IMG/VR virus record: IMGVR_UViG_3300028864_000017
Source of the DNA: a virus
Lineage: Duplodnaviria > Caudoviricetes
Direction: 5' to 3' (one strand)
Length of the DNA: 64,000 nucleotides
Shown: positions 47,267-55,550 of the stretch, in pieces
Layout of the letters: each line of letters begins with the position of its first letter
Position numbering within the stretch: the first letter of the stretch is position 1
Made by a program: the position numbers and the translations under genes
The notes under the pieces: generated by a model
What the model saw: the letters and a program-made list of their open reading frames with translations, nothing else
The model's database searches: none
What the model was told of the DNA's origin: nothing

Positions 47267-47533
47267 ATGAATAAGATCAAAGATTTTAAACAATATAATG
47301 AAAGTTTATCTTTAACTGAAAAATTGTCAGATTTACAAATAGAATACAGAGAATATTTCAAATTTATACTTGATTGTTATGATGTAAAATCACCAGCCAA
47401 ATTATCAGATGAAAAGAAAAGTGAATTCTTTGATAACGTAAACAAGTATTGGACTAAAGGAAAAGGTGCAACTAAAGATTTAGATAAAATAAAAATAGAT
47501 ATCTGCGGTGAAGAAAAAGTAATTAAAAAATAA
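47267..47533 (+). CDS. Small putative head-associated protein
   Basis: MNKIKDFKQYNE leader; YREYF...YDVKSPAKLSDEKKSEFF....K.W. Confidence 0.55.
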   Translation: MNKIKDFKQYNESLSLTEKLSDLQIEYREYFKFILDCYDVKSPAKLSDEKKSEFFDNVNKYWTKGKGATKDLDKIKIDICGEEKVIKK

Positions 47534-47567
47534 TATATATACAATATAAAAATAAAATAATAAACAC

Positions 47568-48095
47568 ATGAAAGATAGCAAATTAAATAATCTACTTAGC
47601 ATTGATAATTTCTCTGAAAAAGAAGTTTTCAAAAACGCAAAAGCAACTAAAAGAACTGAAGTAGCAAAAGACATTTTAGAAAGAAAAGAAGAATCTGGTG
47701 AAAACGTATCAGAAAAATCAAAAACCAAAGAAGAACATTCATATGGTAAATTAAACAACCTTTGTGATCTTGAAAATTTTACTGAAAAAGATTTTTTCAA
47801 AAGTTATGGTCCAACTAAACGTACTGATGTAGCAAAAGACATTCTTAAAGAATTCAAAAACATCAAAGCAGATGATGACGAAGATGATGATAAATATGAA
47901 AAGAAAGGTAAAGTCGTAAAAAAACTTAAAGATGACGATAAGAAAGATAAAGACGATAAGAAAAAACCAATGAGCAAATCTAAAAAAGAAGATGAAGATG
48001 AAGATGACAAAGATGGAAAAAAAGAATTGTCAGCAGCTCAAAAGAAATTACCTGAAAGTTTACAAAAGGTTATGCTAAAAAGAATGAACAAATAA
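47568..48095 (+). CDS. Highly charged putative prohead core/scaffold-like protein with an internal duplication
   Basis: LNNL...DNF.EK..FK....TKRT.VAKDIL(K)E twice; K/D/E-rich; C-terminal LSAAQKKLPESLQK. Confidence 0.5.
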   Translation: MKDSKLNNLLSIDNFSEKEVFKNAKATKRTEVAKDILERKEESGENVSEKSKTKEEHSYGKLNNLCDLENFTEKDFFKSYGPTKRTDVAKDILKEFKNIKADDDEDDDKYEKKGKVVKKLKDDDKKDKDDKKKPMSKSKKEDEDEDDKDGKKELSAAQKKLPESLQKVMLKRMNK

Positions 48096-48099
48096 AATT

Positions 48100-48450
48100 A
48101 TGAAAAAAACTTATTTTTTTGGATGGACAAATATTAAAAAATTTATTACTGAAATAATAAAAATGTATTCGAATAAAGATTCTTATTTTTCTAAAAAGAG
48201 AGTAGAATCATCTATTGCATTTATAATTGGACAATGGGGTATGATTTATTTTTTACTTCAATCAATAAGCACATTATCAGCGGGAGATTTCGCAATCTGG
48301 GCTGGTGTAGAATTTGCAGTAGCTGGATATATTGTTCATTATATACAGCAAGAAAAAAAGGTTATAAATACTGTTGATACTACTAAAACTGATTCTAATG
48401 ATAATACAACAGCAATCAATACAGTTAAAACTGACTCTACTGAAAAATAA
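48100..48450 (+). CDS. Two-TM membrane protein (holin-like topology)
   Basis: SKKRVES-TM1...TM2-QQEKK with a charged tail; end of a late-type operon. Confidence 0.4.
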   Translation: MKKTYFFGWTNIKKFITEIIKMYSNKDSYFSKKRVESSIAFIIGQWGMIYFLLQSISTLSAGDFAIWAGVEFAVAGYIVHYIQQEKKVINTVDTTKTDSNDNTTAINTVKTDSTEK

Positions 48451-48466
48451 TTCACAAAATTAAAAC

Positions 48467-48501
48467 AAAAAAAAGCTTCATTTTTTATGAAGCTTTTTTT
48501 T
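48467..48501. terminator. Bidirectional terminator
   Basis: aaaaaaagcttca-tttttta-tgaagcttttttt between convergent genes. Confidence 0.8.
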
Positions 48502-49252
48502 ATTTTGACATTTTTAATTCTTCATCTTTAATTCTATTCTTTGAAACATTAAAATATTTTATATCTAATTCAATTCCTATGAAATTTCTATCATATCTTA
48601 AACATGCAATTCCAGTTGTTCCACTACCCATGCAATTATCTAATACAGTATCACCTTTTTCAGTGTATGTCTTTATTAACTCACTCAGTAAATCTATGGA
48701 TTTTTCTGTTGGATGCTTTACTATACTTGGATGAGGTTTAGGAAATTTCCAAATTGATTTAGGGTATTTTAAAGTTGTTCCTGCTCTTGAATCATCAGTA
48801 CTTTTAAATTTACCATAATTTTGATTCTTAGGAATTTTATTCATATATGTTTTACCTTTAGAATGTAAAGGAACTCCAGTGTCTATCATTTGAGGAAAAT
48901 ACTTAGGTAATTTCTTATAAAATACTGCAATCTGCTCATGTGATCTAAGTGGCATACGTTTAGAATTTAAAAATCCTGTTGTCAATTCTTTGTCCCAAAT
49001 AATATCATATCTAAACATCTTTCTATTGCTATTAACCAAGTCCACATAGAACAATCCTTGAGCAAACAATACAATTGCACCATTAGACTTTATTATTCTC
49101 TTATACTGCTCCCATAAAGGTTCAAATGGTATTTTCAAATCTTTTTTATTTTGGGTAACTCCAAAAGGCAAATCGCACAAAATCAAATCAACAGATTTAT
49201 CTGGAATATCTATCATCATCTCTAAGCAATCACCATTTTTTAAATCATACAT
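48500..49252 (-). CDS. DNA N6-adenine/N4-cytosine methyltransferase (beta class)
   Basis: GDCLE, DLILCDLPFG (motif IV variant), HE.I.VFY, HPTEK, VLDNCMGSGTT (motif I), FIGIE. Confidence 0.9.
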   Translation of the reverse strand: MYDLKNGDCLEMMIDIPDKSVDLILCDLPFGVTQNKKDLKIPFEPLWEQYKRIIKSNGAIVLFAQGLFYVDLVNSNRKMFRYDIIWDKELTTGFLNSKRMPLRSHEQIAVFYKKLPKYFPQMIDTGVPLHSKGKTYMNKIPKNQNYGKFKSTDDSRAGTTLKYPKSIWKFPKPHPSIVKHPTEKSIDLLSELIKTYTEKGDTVLDNCMGSGTTGIACLRYDRNFIGIELDIKYFNVSKNRIKDEELKMSK

Positions 49253-49301
49253 ATTATTTTGTTATTTTATATTATTTTATTTTATATTATTTTATATGTT
49301 A

Positions 49302-49619
49302 TTATTGGTAAAAAGATTTAATTTTTTTGCAATATCCTTTATATTTTGTTGGAATATCACTATCAAAATCACAAATATTCCATTCCTGTTGATTAATCAT
49401 TGAAGATAATGTTCTTTGGGAATTTTCTCCAAACATTATCTTATGAGAAGGATGAGAATCTACCCAAGCTCCATGTAGCATACTCCAATAAACTAATGAT
49501 TCCCATTTAGTTGAAATTTCCATTGGACAAAATAATTCTACAGTATCACCAGCATATATATTTTTACCAAAATCATCTTTGTATATTAAATATTTCTTCT
49601 TATAATTTTGTATTGTCAT
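49302..49619 (-). CDS. YopX-like hypothetical protein
   Basis: KDDFGKNIYAGDTVEL resembles the YopX DxxGxEIYEGDIV motif. Confidence 0.45.
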   Translation of the reverse strand: MTIQNYKKKYLIYKDDFGKNIYAGDTVELFCPMEISTKWESLVYWSMLHGAWVDSHPSHKIMFGENSQRTLSSMINQQEWNICDFDSDIPTKYKGYCKKIKSFYQ

Positions 49620-49818
49620 TTGATTTAGAAATTATTTCATTTAATTTATCAAGTCTTATTTTTATTTTTTCTTTTCTTATTTGTTCAATCTTATATTGTT
49701 GACTTAATATAGTCCACTCCTTTAACATGCTAGTAACTGAATTTGTCTTTATTTGATCAGGTAATTCATCTCGACTGAATTTAACATCAAATTTTGTTTC
49801 GTCTATTGTTATTTTCAT
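49600..49818 (-). CDS. Hypothetical protein with RxxK[LI] tag
   Basis: IRKEKIKIRLDKLNEI near the C-terminus. Confidence 0.6.
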   Translation of the reverse strand: MKITIDETKFDVKFSRDELPDQIKTNSVTSMLKEWTILSQQYKIEQIRKEKIKIRLDKLNEIISKSNDNTKL

Positions 49819-50399
49819 TTTAATTTTTTTAATTTTTTATATCTAATATATGATTTTGTTTCTTGATGTTCATAATAACTCCAAATTTCTTTCAATTGAG
49901 ATTCATCTTTAATACGACTTTCATCATCAATCTCTATAACATTAACATAAAATGTTTTTGGTGTGAAAGGAATTTTTATTGTTTGTTTGCTTGTAATACT
50001 TTCATTCTTATTATTAAGTGCTCCGCCAGTATATGATGAATTATTTTCATCAACAAAAACAATTGCATCCAAATAATATGGACTACCATCAGTTGATACT
50101 TTAAAAACAGCACTACAACGATTATTCTGAAATAACATTTCACTATCATCCATAGTCACATCAATCCATTCATCATCAGTACACATGATAGGTGCAATTG
50201 GCTTAAAATTAGCTAATTTTGTAAAATAACTAATAGCATATGACGCTGAAAACCCAGAATGTCCTTGTTTAGAAAAAACTTCTAGTAACTCTAACACATT
50301 TTCTTGTACCCATTTATCTGGATCATTTTCACATTCTTCAACAGGTTTATAACCTATTTTTAGAAATTCTCTTTTAGCGTGTTCTATTAAATTACTCAT
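49815..50399 (-). CDS. Hypothetical phage protein with RxxKL tag
   Basis: HAKREF...VLELLEVFSKQGHSGFSA...QNNRCSAVFK; ends IRYKKLKKLK. Confidence 0.7.
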   Translation of the reverse strand: MSNLIEHAKREFLKIGYKPVEECENDPDKWVQENVLELLEVFSKQGHSGFSASYAISYFTKLANFKPIAPIMCTDDEWIDVTMDDSEMLFQNNRCSAVFKVSTDGSPYYLDAIVFVDENNSSYTGGALNNKNESITSKQTIKIPFTPKTFYVNVIEIDDESRIKDESQLKEIWSYYEHQETKSYIRYKKLKKLK

Positions 50400-50709
50400 T
50401 TTTATTATCTACTATTTTTCCAAGTTTATTTCTTCTTAATATATTATTAAATACTTTGTATAATTCTGTATCAGATTCTAATTTATTTATGATTTGATTT
50501 GCTTCTAATATCAACAATTTTTCATGCTCATTTTTTTTTTCATCTTCAGTCATATTCAGAAGTCTATCAATTTCACATCTATAAACATCTAATTGATTTT
50601 TTTTTAATTCTTTAAATAATTTATTGATTTGTTCGAACTGTTTATTACTTTCATAAAATGGATTAATTGAATTGATTATAGTTTTTATTATATCTTTAAA
50701 AAGTTTCAT
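50392..50709 (-). CDS. Hypothetical protein with RxxKL tag
   Basis: Preferred start MKLFK at 50709 (ATGA overlap); ends LRRNKLGKIVDNKNE. Confidence 0.6.
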   Translation of the reverse strand: MKLFKDIIKTIINSINPFYESNKQFEQINKLFKELKKNQLDVYRCEIDRLLNMTEDEKKNEHEKLLILEANQIINKLESDTELYKVFNNILRRNKLGKIVDNKNE

Positions 50710-50969
50710 TTTAATTTTTTTAATTTTTTTAATTTTTCTTTTCTTGAATTGTAATTTATATATCTGTGACATCTATTACAAGCCCAACTATCTGGCTCAT
50801 ATTGTTTATCTGGTTGATATGGTTTGTGACCATTTATTTTACAAATCAATGGCATAAATGTATCATCAAAAGTAATTCTATCAAAATTTTTAATTAATTT
50901 CCAAGTTTTATTCCAATTCTTATATTTAATATAATGAAATAAATTTTGTGTTTCTCTACCACATCCCAT
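50706..50969 (-). CDS. Small Cys/His zinc-finger-like protein with RxxKL tag
   Basis: LICKINGHKP...WACNRCH; ends SRKEKLKKLKKLK. Confidence 0.6.
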   Translation of the reverse strand: MGCGRETQNLFHYIKYKNWNKTWKLIKNFDRITFDDTFMPLICKINGHKPYQPDKQYEPDSWACNRCHRYINYNSRKEKLKKLKKLK

Positions 50970-51210
50970 AACTATTCAACATTTTTATTTTTAATTTTCT
51001 ATATTCTTTTATTGACATAAAATCACATTCAAGATACCAACTTTGAATAGTGGTTCCAAATTTTACAGAATATAAAATATCAGATAAATTATCTGAATAT
51101 CGATATGAATATCCATATATTTTATATGTTTTATACTCCTTGAGATTCCATCCATAAATATTTTTAGAATTATTTATGAATATAACGTTATCACCAACAT
51201 GAAACTTCAT
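50956..51210 (-). CDS. SH3-like small protein with RxxK[LI] tag
   Basis: MKFHVGDNVIF...YKI...FMSIKEYRKLKIKML. Confidence 0.65.
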   Translation of the reverse strand: MKFHVGDNVIFINNSKNIYGWNLKEYKTYKIYGYSYRYSDNLSDILYSVKFGTTIQSWYLECDFMSIKEYRKLKIKMLNSYGMW

Positions 51211-51220
51211 ATTTTAGATA

Positions 51221-51409
51221 TTAAAAATTAAATGATTTGTTTTGTGTTTTTGGTTTTTCTGATGTGAATAATGCATCGAATTGTCTCTTGTTAAATTCTG
51301 TGTCTCCATATTGTCCATCAACATGATATTTATTGTCTTTGGTGTGTGAATAATTGTAGGTTTTGTTATTTTCAAACTGCCCGTAATCTAGCTTACATAT
51401 AGCTCTCAT
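51221..51409 (-). CDS. Hypothetical protein
   Basis: 62-aa ORF in operon. Confidence 0.55.
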   Translation of the reverse strand: MRAICKLDYGQFENNKTYNYSHTKDNKYHVDGQYGDTEFNKRQFDALFTSEKPKTQNKSFNF

Positions 51410-51426
51410 TATTATTTATTTATTTT

Positions 51427-51717
51427 TTATAATATATTTATTACTTTACCATATACATTTTTGGTCCAGCCATTTATGTGTCCTTTATTGTTACCGATAA
51501 GAACTCCTTGTTCTAAGTTTTTTGATTTTACTAAGTGAGTATATAATTTTCCGTGATATTTACAATAAACAATATCTCCTACATTTACTGATTCCCAAGT
51601 AGCTGGTTCTAATGTTACAGGTTGTTTTGATTTTATTAATGGAAGCATTGAGTTTCCTGGCTCTTTACTAATAATTGTTTCTCCAGCTAAAAGTCTTTCA
51701 ACTTTATTATTTGTCAT
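51427..51717 (-). CDS. S24/S26 peptidase-like protein
   Basis: GNSMLPLI (catalytic Ser), VGDIVYC, YTHLVK, GNN. Confidence 0.6.
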   Translation of the reverse strand: MTNNKVERLLAGETIISKEPGNSMLPLIKSKQPVTLEPATWESVNVGDIVYCKYHGKLYTHLVKSKNLEQGVLIGNNKGHINGWTKNVYGKVINIL

Positions 51718-51725
51718 ATGATTTT

Positions 51726-52013
51726 TTATTTATAATTATAATTATGATGAACTGATGCAAAAACTCTTCCACTAACTTCTATATTACTATAAATTCCTTC
51801 TGGCGTGTCACATTTTATATCATAATTTACTGTGTAACCATCATTACTCCATTCTGCAGTTATAATTGATCCACAATTATATACTCTATTCCAATCATTA
51901 AATCCTTTACCTCCGTGATCACAAGAAGAACCACAATATGGACATGTTTTATATTCTTTATTGTGATTCCAATCAAAATCACCTTTTTGTCCGTTTAAAA
52001 TGTATTTTGTCAT
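51726..52013 (-). CDS. Zinc-ribbon protein
   Basis: CPYCG..C...CGS. Confidence 0.55.
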   Translation of the reverse strand: MTKYILNGQKGDFDWNHNKEYKTCPYCGSSCDHGGKGFNDWNRVYNCGSIITAEWSNDGYTVNYDIKCDTPEGIYSNIEVSGRVFASVHHNYNYK

Positions 52014-52019
52014 AAAAAG

Positions 52020-52050
52020 TTTGTGTTATTAAATAATTTTGTTATCTTTG
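52020..52050 (+). promoter_or_regulatory. Bacteroidota sigma70-type promoter (TTTG / TATCTTTG)
   Basis: TTTG 52020-52023, 19-nt spacer, TATCTTTG 52043-52050. Confidence 0.65.
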
Positions 52051-52237
52051 CAAAATCTAGTTGAGTCTAGTTCGGTTTAAAATTATATCACTTATATCAC
52101 ATAAATAAAAAAAGTTTTATATTTTTTAAAAACATTCAATTCAAAAAAGTATATATAAAAATTAAAGATAAAATAATACATAAAATGAAGAAAAAATTAG
52201 ATAAATATTAGATTATTAAAAAATAATCTAATAAAAA

Positions 52238-52462
52238 ATGAAAAGAATCAAATGTAAAAAATCAGATGTAGTAACTGACAACAGAACCTACAACATTCTA
52301 AATAATGATAATACAGATCCTTATTGGGACGAAGGATTACACTTTTATCCAGAACAATCAAGAATAACAAGAAAGTTTAAAAAGAAACAATTGCTAATGT
52401 ATCAAATAAGAATGTATAAAACTTGGAAGCACAATAGAAGTAATCAATATAAAGTAAAATAA
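52238..52462 (+). CDS. Small basic hypothetical protein
   Basis: Ends TWKHNRSNQYKVK. Confidence 0.55.
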   Translation: MKRIKCKKSDVVTDNRTYNILNNDNTDPYWDEGLHFYPEQSRITRKFKKKQLLMYQIRMYKTWKHNRSNQYKVK

Positions 52463-52464
52463 TT

Positions 52465-53118
52465 ATGTTTTTTTTTAAAAGTAAAATAAATGAATTGACA
52501 TATTTACGTCAATATACACATCATAGTGATTATGATTCATCAGAAAAAATGAAATATGAATCAATTGATAGTATTATGAAATACTTCAGAAAAATGATTG
52601 ATATTGATGAAAAATGTGGATTATCAATAGAATCAAAATTTAAAGATGTTATTTATCCTGTTTTTGATTTAGATTGTAAATCTAAATATGAATTATTTAA
52701 AACTTTACATGAAGATACTCCATATGTAATATTCATAAGTAGTTGTAACGATGACGATGATGATGAAAAAAAATATCACTATTGGGGAATTATTGGAAAT
52801 TCTAACAAAAAATTCAAAGAATTAATATCAAATCAAAATTGGAAAATCTGCAATGATAATAATTATGTAAAATTTTCAACAGAAATAAGTAAAATTCTAA
52901 TTAGAGGAATATTTGAAAATAAAAATAGAAAGCCAAAATTATTTGAAAAAAATGGTATTCTATCTGAAGATTTTGAAATGTTCATATCTAAATTAGAAAG
53001 TCATTATAATACTAATGGCTTTGAATTGTCAGTATTAAGATATAAGAATACTGAACTATTGATACAATTCAATAGAAAATTAAAATTGAAAAAGATAAAT
53101 TATAGTGAAAAAGAATAA
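52465..53118 (+). CDS. AEP (primase-polymerase) superfamily-like protein with RxxKL tag
   Basis: PVFDLD (DxD), ISS...YHYW (SxxxH-like), CNDNNY (third Asp); ends NRKLKLKKI. Confidence 0.4.
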   Translation: MFFFKSKINELTYLRQYTHHSDYDSSEKMKYESIDSIMKYFRKMIDIDEKCGLSIESKFKDVIYPVFDLDCKSKYELFKTLHEDTPYVIFISSCNDDDDDEKKYHYWGIIGNSNKKFKELISNQNWKICNDNNYVKFSTEISKILIRGIFENKNRKPKLFEKNGILSEDFEMFISKLESHYNTNGFELSVLRYKNTELLIQFNRKLKLKKINYSEKE

Positions 53119-53275
53119 AAAAAATGAAAATATTTTTAATGTAGTTAACTTAGATTTTGCAAGCTTATATCCATCCTCATTTAAAATTGATGAACGATTG
53201 ATTGCTGAGCTAAATAGAAAAAAAACAAATGAAAAAAGACGGCAAAAGCTTGAAAAAATAAATAACTTAAAATGA
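53105..53275 (+). CDS. Unannotated 56-aa ORF carrying PolB motif A and an RxxKL tag
   Basis: GTG start; VKKNKKNENIFNVVNLDFASLYPSSFKIDERLIAELNRKKTNEKRRQKLEKINNLK*; TGA overlaps the next ATG (ATGA at 53272). Confidence 0.65.
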   Translation: MKKNKKNENIFNVVNLDFASLYPSSFKIDERLIAELNRKKTNEKRRQKLEKINNLK

Positions 53276-53781
53276 AAAAAATAGTAAATGGATGTTTAAA
53301 TTGTCCTTTTTGTCATACTGAGTATGATTATGATACAATAGGAAAACCAGACACTGATGTATGTGTATTGTCAAATTATTTAAAATTAAATAATCCTTAT
53401 ATTGATTTGAATGAAAATGAATATAAACCAAAATGGTGTCCTCTTATAAATGATGATTATACTTTTAAATTTAAAGAATTTTCTGATAAAACAAAAAATG
53501 AGATACTAACTTTAAATAAAAAAATATCTGAAAATGAATACCAATATGGACAAGATTATGAAAATGATGAATTTGATTATATTGCGAATAACATAGAAAA
53601 CAAAGAATTATATAAAAAATTAGATGAATTGATGAATAATGATGAATTATCTGATTACAATGAAGACATCAAAGAAGAATTTAATAATAGTATAGATCAA
53701 GTTAAAAATCAATTGAAAAATTTAGAAGCACTTGGTACAAAATTAAACGATGAATTGAACAATTTAGGTAATATACATTAA
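53272..53781 (+). CDS. Cys-rich N-terminal domain + coiled-coil protein
   Basis: CLNCPFC...C...WCPL followed by heptads. Confidence 0.65.
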   Translation: MKKIVNGCLNCPFCHTEYDYDTIGKPDTDVCVLSNYLKLNNPYIDLNENEYKPKWCPLINDDYTFKFKEFSDKTKNEILTLNKKISENEYQYGQDYENDEFDYIANNIENKELYKKLDELMNNDELSDYNEDIKEEFNNSIDQVKNQLKNLEALGTKLNDELNNLGNIH

Positions 53782-53791
53782 TCTAAATATT

Positions 53792-54127
53792 ATGAAAATA
53801 ATACCTATAAAATCAAAAAAACAAGATAATGGTTTGTGGGGTATGCCTAAAAATTGTTATTATATCGAACACTATTTTCAATTAGAAGAAAGAAATGAAT
53901 TTATTTTATCTGCATTAATAAATTGTTTGAATACTAAATTTAATGAGAGATTTGAAATGTCTCTTTTGAGTGAAAAAAAGATTTATTTTAAATTTGAAAA
54001 ACATGGAACTGTGATTCTTTCATTTAATGATTATGAAGTATTTAATGATAAGTTGTATGAATTTGATAATGTTAATGAACATAATATTTTTATGAGAAAA
54101 CAGAAATTAATAGAAATTAATGTATAA
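53792..54127 (+). CDS. Hypothetical protein with RxxKL tag
   Basis: Ends MRKQKLIEINV. Confidence 0.6.
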   Translation: MKIIPIKSKKQDNGLWGMPKNCYYIEHYFQLEERNEFILSALINCLNTKFNERFEMSLLSEKKIYFKFEKHGTVILSFNDYEVFNDKLYEFDNVNEHNIFMRKQKLIEINV

Positions 54128-54410
54128 ATACAACAGCAATTCACCAGAATATCAAAAATTACTTGAAGAATTAAAATTATATTATATAAATATACTTAAA
54201 GAATCAGAGTTCGGATATAATGTATATAGTGTATTAAGATTTATGAAAAGTGATAATAACAATTATGATTATATTGTTTCTGTTAAATTAGAAAAAAAAT
54301 ATAAATTAACAGGATATCATTATGTTATAGAACATCATTATTTATCTGAACTTCAATTAAATAATATAAGCAGAATAAATAAACTGAATAAATTATGTCA
54401 GACAACATAG
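54120..54410 (+). CDS. Hypothetical protein with RxxKL tag; paralog of the next gene
   Basis: Y..LL.ELK.YY...L.ELQ....SRINKLNKL. Confidence 0.65.
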   Translation: MYKYNSNSPEYQKLLEELKLYYINILKESEFGYNVYSVLRFMKSDNNNYDYIVSVKLEKKYKLTGYHYVIEHHYLSELQLNNISRINKLNKLCQTT

Positions 54411-54676
54411 TATCTAATTTAGATACTAAATCATATCTACTGTTATTAAGAGAATTGAAAAAATATTATAACAAAAAATTCAATAATAAATATGATTTTA
54501 GTATTCGTGAAATAGTTAAAGAATTCAATTCATCACTTTATACTGTAGTTATTATATTTCATTATAATAGTAAACATGATAGTTATGAAATTAAAATTTT
54601 AACTGAACTTCAAGTGATTTCAATATTGAGAATATCTAAACTAAATAAAATAAATGAAAGACACAGAATTAACTAA
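54395..54676 (+). CDS. Hypothetical protein with RxxKL tag; paralog of the previous gene
   Basis: YLLLLRELKKYY...LTELQ....LRISKLNKI. Confidence 0.65.
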   Translation: MSDNIVSNLDTKSYLLLLRELKKYYNKKFNNKYDFSIREIVKEFNSSLYTVVIIFHYNSKHDSYEIKILTELQVISILRISKLNKINERHRIN

Positions 54677-54923
54677 CGATGATTTTAAAGTAGGACAAAT
54701 TGTCACTTGTGTAACATTTGATGATAATGATTACTGGGATCAACATTTGACAGTAGGGAAAAAATATAAAATTGAGGATATTGATTGGCATTTTGAAAAT
54801 AAAATTGTGGTAAGAAGTGATAACAAAAAATTGAGTCAATTTGTACCAATACGATTTTTTTCTGATAAAAAAATAATTAGAAAAATGAAATTAGAAAAAC
54901 TGAATAAAATATGTACAAAGTAG
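54654..54923 (+). CDS. SH3-like small protein with RxxKL tag
   Basis: FKVGQIVTC...LTVGKKYKI...RFFS...IRKMKLEKL. Confidence 0.65.
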   Translation: MKDTELTNDDFKVGQIVTCVTFDDNDYWDQHLTVGKKYKIEDIDWHFENKIVVRSDNKKLSQFVPIRFFSDKKIIRKMKLEKLNKICTK

Positions 54924-55243
54924 GAGATATTATGGTTTGTATTGATAATACGCCTAAATCTGATAACATTTTTTATGATTTCATTTCATATTGTTTAAAA
55001 TACAAAAAATCAAATCCTTTAGAAATAAATAAAACATATACCATTAAAAAAATTCAATCATATTGGGATGATGATGGAAATTGCTATGAATTACTTGATG
55101 ATACTAGCAGTAGATATCAAAATACTTCATATATGTTAGAAGAAGTTGAGGAAATATATGGATATACAGTTTTTGATATAAATAGATTTATTGGGTTAAA
55201 AGAATATAGAACATCAAAACTAAAAAAATTAAATGAAATATGA
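54911..55243 (+). CDS. SH3-like small protein with RxxKL tag
   Basis: YKVGDIMVCI...LEINKTYTI...RFIGLKEYRTSKLKKL. Confidence 0.65.
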   Translation: MYKVGDIMVCIDNTPKSDNIFYDFISYCLKYKKSNPLEINKTYTIKKIQSYWDDDGNCYELLDDTSSRYQNTSYMLEEVEEIYGYTVFDINRFIGLKEYRTSKLKKLNEI

Positions 55244-55484
55244 CAAAATTATAGTTGGAGATTTTTTAATTTGCATTAAAAATGATTATACAAATGATAA
55301 CCTCATAACAGTAAATAAAGAATATAAAGTATTAGAAATAGGTAGAAATTATAGTACAATAACAATAATGACAGATGTTGGTATCATATGCGATATAATA
55401 TTTTATTCATTTTTCATTAGTAAAAGAATTTTAAGAAAAAATAAATTGAATAAATTGAATAAAATATTTTGTGAATTGGATTAA
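55233..55484 (+). CDS. SH3-like small protein with RxxKL tag
   Basis: IVGDFLICI...ITVNKEYKV...FFIS...LRKNKLNKL. Confidence 0.65.
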   Translation: MKYDKIIVGDFLICIKNDYTNDNLITVNKEYKVLEIGRNYSTITIMTDVGIICDIIFYSFFISKRILRKNKLNKLNKIFCELD

Positions 55485-55498
55485 TTGTTGTACATTTG
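55468..55498 (+). promoter_or_regulatory. Bacteroidota sigma70-type promoter (TTTG / TACATTTG)
   Basis: TTTG 55468-55471, 19-nt spacer, TACATTTG 55491-55498, upstream of rtcB. Confidence 0.65.
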
Positions 55499-55550
55499 CA
55501 AAAAATATTAAAAAATAGAATTAAATTAATTAAAAAAAGTAGGTAAAATT

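Noticed and set aside
3717-52117. Possible third (middle) promoter AAAC(T/A)T-N10-TANNATA (3717, 22403, 38264 minus, and weaker copies)
   Set aside because: Only three good matches in extremely AT-rich DNA; cannot be separated from chance without a background model
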